DNA of 50,370 nt. Origin: a virus. Taxonomy: Duplodnaviria > Caudoviricetes. Positions within the stretch are counted from its first letter, which is position 1. Each line of letters begins with the position of its first letter. The notes under the pieces are model-generated. The model was not told where the DNA came from. It searched no databases and worked only from the letters and a program-made list of their open reading frames with translations. Below are positions 45,410 through 50,370 of this stretch, one piece after another. Made by a program: the position numbers and the translations under genes. The stretch lies in the IMG/VR virus record IMGVR_UViG_3300021057_000003, positions 1-50,370 of that record. The stretch is one strand, 5' to 3'.

Positions 45410-46813
45410 CTAGTAGCTGATGCGATTGACCTTGGGCTTCATCTTGTGTACGTGCGTGCTCCTCGATGTCCTGATCGCGTCATTGAGTTTTTCTTTAAAC
45501 ATAACGTAGTGGCCGTCATTGAGGTCAAGGTTGCCGTTGTTCTTCACGCGCATCTTCATTCGCCACTTGAGGTAGTCCTGCATCATGTCGTAGCGGGGAG
45601 CGTCGAGGGTGTCTCCGTCTGAGTCCACTTCGGTCACTTCCTTCTCAAAGTCAATCCAAATATTCCAGTTGTGGCAGTCCTCATCAGGAACAGGAGAAAG
45701 TCTCAGTTCGTCACGACTAGTCGTGTATTTGGTTGGTGTTCCAAGGATGGGGTTTTGATAGATCCGCGTGTTTGCTGGGATGTTCACTGTGATAGAACCA
45801 GAACCCGATGCTGGAATGCCAGTGAACTGAAGGTTTGGAACATCAATGCCGGTGTATGTGCAGGTGTACTTCGTACCCGCTACGAAGAACGTAAGGGTCC
45901 CTGAGCTCGTAAAATCGGAACCTGTCCCGAAGAGCCAGAAGAGCGAAGTTGCTCCAATAGAGGCAGCACTAACGAGATCGGTCGCTTGGCCTTCAAACGT
46001 CGCCTCGAAATCTCGCGGATCTACGTACTCCAGATTTGAACCCGTACCAATACGGACGTTTAGCAGTGAGCTGTGCGAGCTTGTGTCGTTCGAATTTGAG
46101 GGAAGGTCGTATGCGAATTCCCCTGCGGAAATCGGAAGATCGAGCGTCGATTCATTCAGGATGTAGTGAGAAAAATGAACCTGCTTGCCTTGCACGAACC
46201 TAAGTCCGTCATTGAGGAAGTCGTAGCAGTCGGTTCGTGAAAGCAGATTGCCAAGCGTGATGCCAAGCTCCCTGCACGCCTGCTCGATCATGTGCCCCAC
46301 GGTATTCGAAGCCCATCCTCCGTAGAGGAGTGCATCTGAGTAGCCGCCGAAGGTTGCAGCAGCAGCGTTCTTGAACCTGGCGAAGTAGTAGCCGGAAGTC
46401 TGAGAGGTGGTGGTGTAGACCTGGATCTTCTGGTCTGCCTGGATGTCCACAGTTGCAAGGACAGTCTTTGAGCCGGAAGCGGTCGTCGCGTGATTGATCT
46501 CTATCTGGTTGAACTCGATGCGGTACACCTTCGTCCCTGCTGCGTGCGCGAAGCTGGTATTCGCTGCGAGGGTGATCGTGGTCCCAGAGGGTACGGTCGC
46601 CGCGTGCGTCTTGATGATCTCGGAGGTCTCCTGGCCGAGCTCTCCAATGAGGAGGTATTGGTCTACCGCAAAGCCGTTGATGTCCTTCACGGTGAGCGTG
46701 CTGGAAGCCGCTGCAACATCTGCCGAAAGGAAAGTAACCTCAAGCCCCGCCTCAACTAAGGGGGTGAGGTCTATCGCGAGCTGCCTGTTCTTATGAGTTA
46801 AGACAGGAGGCAT
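45410..46813 (-). CDS. Head-tail adaptor-like protein with appended beta domains
   Basis: D..LN.G...Y.LP...G.P..Y...L.P.PD. Confidence 0.65.
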   Translation of the reverse strand: MPPVLTHKNRQLAIDLTPLVEAGLEVTFLSADVAAASSTLTVKDINGFAVDQYLLIGELGQETSEIIKTHAATVPSGTTITLAANTSFAHAAGTKVYRIEFNQIEINHATTASGSKTVLATVDIQADQKIQVYTTTSQTSGYYFARFKNAAAATFGGYSDALLYGGWASNTVGHMIEQACRELGITLGNLLSRTDCYDFLNDGLRFVQGKQVHFSHYILNESTLDLPISAGEFAYDLPSNSNDTSSHSSLLNVRIGTGSNLEYVDPRDFEATFEGQATDLVSAASIGATSLFWLFGTGSDFTSSGTLTFFVAGTKYTCTYTGIDVPNLQFTGIPASGSGSITVNIPANTRIYQNPILGTPTKYTTSRDELRLSPVPDEDCHNWNIWIDFEKEVTEVDSDGDTLDAPRYDMMQDYLKWRMKMRVKNNGNLDLNDGHYVMFKEKLNDAIRTSRSTHVHKMKPKVNRISY

Positions 46814-46816
46814 GTA

Positions 46817-47221
46817 CTAGCGGATTCTGAGCTCGTAAACAATGACCGAGGTTGATGCGGTTGCCGTGCAGCGGATTGCCCCAGAGTACGGATTCTTCTC
46901 GAGGTGGTACTCGTAAGACTCTCCTGTTGATGTGGAGAGCTTGAAGCTTGTGCCTCCTGTTGCAGTGGTTGATGCGCCTGCATCCCCGTTCCCATTGCAG
47001 TAGACAGCGGCCTGAGAGCCATCTCGCTGGATGAGCGCATAGCTTCGGCTTGAAGACGCAAGTACCTGGACGTTGGTGTCAGGTCCCACCGTGACGATTG
47101 CGGCGGTCTGCGCCCTCACTGCTCCGAGGGTGTAGGTGCCGGTCGCCTGCGCGAGGAATGCGTACCCGAGGACGATTGCAAGTAATACTCCGACTGCTCC
47201 TAGTTTTTGTATTGATGTCAT
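46817..47221 (-). CDS. Virion-region protein with N-terminal TM segment
   Basis: R.YALIQ..G...VY jelly-roll-like motif. Confidence 0.6.
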   Translation of the reverse strand: MTSIQKLGAVGVLLAIVLGYAFLAQATGTYTLGAVRAQTAAIVTVGPDTNVQVLASSSRSYALIQRDGSQAAVYCNGNGDAGASTTATGGTSFKLSTSTGESYEYHLEKNPYSGAIRCTATASTSVIVYELRIR

Positions 47222-47286
47222 GTTGTTTCTTATTTAATCCAGCCCCATCCCCGTTCCTGATCGCTCAGGAAAGGAGGAGAGCGAGA

Positions 47287-47778
47287 TTACTCAACCGCGA
47301 TGTACTGTGCAGTTCCTGATGCTGATCCAGACGTTGGCCATGTGTATGTGGCTCCGGTGAGGTTCAGAACCTTGAGCATGATGTACCCCGCTGTTGACGA
47401 AGGAGTTGCACCAATGACGGACAATCCTCCAACAACGTCCCCTGCGGTCGTGGTTGAAAGCTGGACGAGCACACGATCTCCAGAGTCAACGCCCGAGAGG
47501 GCTGCGACAGTGGTGATGTTTGCGTTCGCCTGGCATTCCACAAGCGCTGAGGTTGTTGCGGTGATGGTCGCTGCGGTCGGACGGATGTAGCACGTTCCTG
47601 AGTTGACCTCAGTGAGCGTGGTTCCAGAAGTTCCGATTGCGAGCGTGCCAGTCACCACAGCGTCAGCGTCGAGGGTGTCGTAGTTCGTGGTGCCTGCCTC
47701 GTTTCCGCCGAAAGATCCGGCGAAGAGAGCAAGGACAACTCCGAGTGCGACGAGTCCGAGTGATTTGATAATTTCCAT
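47287..47778 (-). CDS. Virion-region protein with N-terminal TM segment
   Basis: ORF track. Confidence 0.6.
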   Translation of the reverse strand: MEIIKSLGLVALGVVLALFAGSFGGNEAGTTNYDTLDADAVVTGTLAIGTSGTTLTEVNSGTCYIRPTAATITATTSALVECQANANITTVAALSGVDSGDRVLVQLSTTTAGDVVGGLSVIGATPSSTAGYIMLKVLNLTGATYTWPTSGSASGTAQYIAVE

Positions 47779-47788
47779 GTGTTGAGAG

Positions 47789-48139
47789 TTACTTCTTCTT
47801 TTTCGGCTTGACTGGTTTCTCGGGAGTCGCTTGCGCGATCGCTTCCCTCAGGTCCGCGTCTGAAGCCTGGTTAGTAACCGCGACCCCGAGCGAAGTTGCC
47901 TTCAGGACGAGATCGTTGTGGGGCATTGCCTCAAGTGGGAGTTCACCGCCTGCCTTGAGGTGCTGTTCATCTTTCGCCTTGAGCTCTTGGAAAGCTTCGA
48001 GCGTAAGCGCCCCGCGTCGAACATATTCAGCAGGAATCATGAGCTGGTAGCGAGCATGGAGCTCGGCATCATTCCAAGAGATGCCATGAGCCTTTGCCCG
48101 TCCTTGCTGCACTAATGCTGCCCAATCTGGTCTATTCAT
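47789..48139 (-). CDS. Hypothetical protein with C-terminal HeH/Rho-N-like motif
   Basis: LEAM...DL..KA..LGV......DLR.AI. Confidence 0.6.
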   Translation of the reverse strand: MNRPDWAALVQQGRAKAHGISWNDAELHARYQLMIPAEYVRRGALTLEAFQELKAKDEQHLKAGGELPLEAMPHNDLVLKATSLGVAVTNQASDADLREAIAQATPEKPVKPKKKK

Positions 48140-48141
48140 GC

Positions 48142-49119
48142 TTAGTTGTTATCTCCTTGTGAAGCGCGGATGTAAGCGGGGAAGCCGAGTCCGAGCGCGT
48201 AGTAGAAGTCAACTGAGTAGTCCCAGTTCTTATTCACATAGACCTGCTCTGGAGCGTCAAGGCTTGGTCGTTCTGCGAAGAGTGCTTTGAGGGAATCCTT
48301 GACTTTTGAGCTGTCGTACATGAACCAGTAGTTTGAGCGTGATGCTCCCTGGCCGGTCGATTCGAGTCTCTCCCAGACTTTGATCGTCACCTTGCCGCGA
48401 AGTGGGTTCGTGTCGTTGTTTCCTGTTCCAGACATCTGGTTCGAAAGAACGATGCGCTCTGCGAGATCCTCATTCGTTGGTGTAACGAGAAGGGTGTCGA
48501 GGCGGATTGGTCGAACGATGCTGTTTGGGTCCTGGTACACCATCGCTGTCTTGCGTGCAGTGACAATTGCGTCTCGTGAGAGCGCTGGGTTCACGGTGCC
48601 TGCTGAATCAGAAATGATGTTCGAGAACGTAGTGCTGTTCAGGTTGTTTGAGTGCGATGCAGAGAAGAGCGCGAGGCCGTCTGTGCCTGTTGCGGTCGCT
48701 GTTGCTCCGTATACGTCGAGGTAGCTGGTGCTGTATCCGTGGAGGAGTACGTCAGCCATTGACTGGTCAACCTTGTCGAATGCGTCCTGTGCGACTGACT
48801 TCACAACGCTTTCGATGCTGTCGTGCATGTCGAACATACGCATGTCTTTGGTAATTGAGACGAGACCTCCGTAACGCTTCTGCGTGTAGGTGATGGTGTC
48901 GCCCTGGACCGAGGTGATCGCTGGGAGATCTGAGCCTTCAGCAACCTTCTCGATGCCTGCCATGCCATGAAGGACGAGGTGATCGTGTGTTCGGCGTGAA
49001 GTGTCCTTCACATCGAAGATCTCAGGTCCTTTCATCTCAGCGATGGCGTTCTTTGAGGTCTCATTGAAGATCGACTGTAGATCGTCAGTGAGTGCTGAGA
49101 AATCTGATACTTGAATCAT
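48142..49119 (-). CDS. Major capsid protein (HK97 fold, Mu gpT-like)
   Basis: V.EG...YG....IT..M...D; DG.ALFSASH; L.V.P..E..A..I; YWF. Confidence 0.9.
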   Translation of the reverse strand: MIQVSDFSALTDDLQSIFNETSKNAIAEMKGPEIFDVKDTSRRTHDHLVLHGMAGIEKVAEGSDLPAITSVQGDTITYTQKRYGGLVSITKDMRMFDMHDSIESVVKSVAQDAFDKVDQSMADVLLHGYSTSYLDVYGATATATGTDGLALFSASHSNNLNSTTFSNIISDSAGTVNPALSRDAIVTARKTAMVYQDPNSIVRPIRLDTLLVTPTNEDLAERIVLSNQMSGTGNNDTNPLRGKVTIKVWERLESTGQGASRSNYWFMYDSSKVKDSLKALFAERPSLDAPEQVYVNKNWDYSVDFYYALGLGFPAYIRASQGDNN

Positions 49120-49143
49120 AGATTCTTGCTTCTAATTGGTTAA

Positions 49144-49557
49144 TTAAGAGTTCATTACTCCACGAGTGAAGTGTCCACGAACCTTTGTGGATGTTCCGAC
49201 TGTTCCTGGGATTGATTCGATGTAGAAGATGTCATCGGTTGATGCATCTGGGTCGATGGTGCCTGCACCTGCGAGGTCAGCTTCAGTTCCTACGTCTGTC
49301 TGTGCTGCTGCTGCGTCTACGTCAGCTTCGAAGGTAACGCCGTCTGTGCGCCACGCTTGTACTTGCTGTCCGTCTGCGGTTGTGGTTACGGTTTCTGCTG
49401 CTACATAGCGAACATCTACGTTGCCTCCTGCTGATGCAGTGGTGAAGTAGCCTGATCCGTTGTCTACGAGTGCATCACCTTTGGTGACGGTGGTCGCGTT
49501 TGCAACTCCGACTGAACAGAGCTTGTGTCGATGACCGAATTTGGGTACGAATGCCAT
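49144..49557 (-). CDS. Capsid decoration/cement protein
   Basis: Position between scaffold and capsid; V.KGD.L...G. Confidence 0.65.
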   Translation of the reverse strand: MAFVPKFGHRHKLCSVGVANATTVTKGDALVDNGSGYFTTASAGGNVDVRYVAAETVTTTADGQQVQAWRTDGVTFEADVDAAAAQTDVGTEADLAGAGTIDPDASTDDIFYIESIPGTVGTSTKVRGHFTRGVMNS

Positions 49558-49578
49558 TTTGAATGTTTAGGTTACTAA

Positions 49579-50121
49579 CTACGAGTACCATTCATTCATG
49601 CTTTTGGACGGCTTGATGATGCGGTCAGGCTTTGGTGTGGACTCTCTGGGAGCCACGCCTCCTGCACCGGCAATTGAAGCGACTTCGGCCTCGGCTTCCT
49701 TGGTGTCTACCTTGGGAGCGGGCTGGCGAAGTTTCCACACAGCATGAGCGTCGAAGAGGTCTTCGATGATGTCTTCGTCCGAGTTCTTGCCGCGTGAGGC
49801 CACTTTGCCGTAGATTGGTGCGAGGTTGTCCCAGTTCTCCAGGATCTCCTTCGCCGCAGGGTCTGAACGCTCTGCGAGTCGGCGTTTTGCCTTAGCTTCA
49901 TTAGCTCGTTCGAAGTCAGACCTTCGGACGACATCTTCTGGTACTTCCCGCTTGACTTCCTCCTTGGGCTTCTTGCGTGTAGCAATAGCTCTGAATTTCT
50001 TCGCTTCTGCGAGTACTTGTTCTGGGGGAAGGGCGTCTAACGGGTCGGTGTCCTCGGTCTCCTCCGATTCCACCTCCTCGATTTCTTCAGGTTGAGTTTC
50101 CTGTATTTCGTCTTTGAACAT
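49579..50121 (-). CDS. Capsid scaffolding protein
   Basis: Acidic N-terminus, helical; upstream of the capsid genes. Confidence 0.65.
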   Translation of the reverse strand: MFKDEIQETQPEEIEEVESEETEDTDPLDALPPEQVLAEAKKFRAIATRKKPKEEVKREVPEDVVRRSDFERANEAKAKRRLAERSDPAAKEILENWDNLAPIYGKVASRGKNSDEDIIEDLFDAHAVWKLRQPAPKVDTKEAEAEVASIAGAGGVAPRESTPKPDRIIKPSKSMNEWYS

Positions 50122-50243
50122 AGCGACGTGGCTAGTATTAAAACTCCTTAGGGTGGAGAAACCCCTGCCTCAAAGGAAGCAAGTTGAGCCTATAGCGTGA
50201 GGCGGACGGGAGAGACCCCAGTACAGGCTCAACTTGCCTTCTT

Positions 50244-50370
50244 TGATCGTTCTGCTTGTGCACGGCTGAGAAGGCGGGCGTGTTCGATACGCGCCCCTTG
50301 CGCCTGGTAATACAGTACGCGCTCCTTCTCGGTCTCGATGGGGAGCTTCATCATGTGTTCAACCAATGCA
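50244..50370. repeat. Terminal direct repeat copy of 1-127
   Basis: Exact match. Confidence 0.95.

Noticed and set aside
1-50370. Alternative genetic code (TGA or TAG recoding)
   Set aside because: Long genes are intact under code 11 and all three stop codons terminate genes

Overview
The window is a complete circular tailed-phage genome of 50,243 bp; bases 1-127 repeat at 50244-50370, and an ORF reads through the junction. The backbone looks like a podovirus of Patescibacteria (CPR, Parcubacteria-like). It has terS, terL, two groES-like genes, scaffold, capsid, tail and ejection genes, a displaced portal, lysis genes, NinB/NinG-like recombination genes and many small ORFs, mostly without Shine-Dalgarno (SD) sequences. 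A second gene set with strong SD sequences and its own terminators is interleaved in this backbone. It resembles a proteobacterial integrative-mobilizable element: P4-type integrase, AlpA excisionase, IHF site, replication-relaxation protein, two VirD4/TraD-like ATPases, CHC2 zinc-finger protein, ssDNA-binding protein and DUF932. The main candidates for novelty are (1) a possible two-host lifestyle, with integration and transfer in one host and virion production in a CPR host; (2) two tRNA-like RNA scaffolds that share a conserved T-loop insertion but carry different cargo; (3) dispersed DnaA boxes in a genome lacking recognisable polymerase, helicase or initiator genes; and (4) a region of small ORFs shuffled through short repeats. 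All family assignments come from motif recognition by eye, not database searches.
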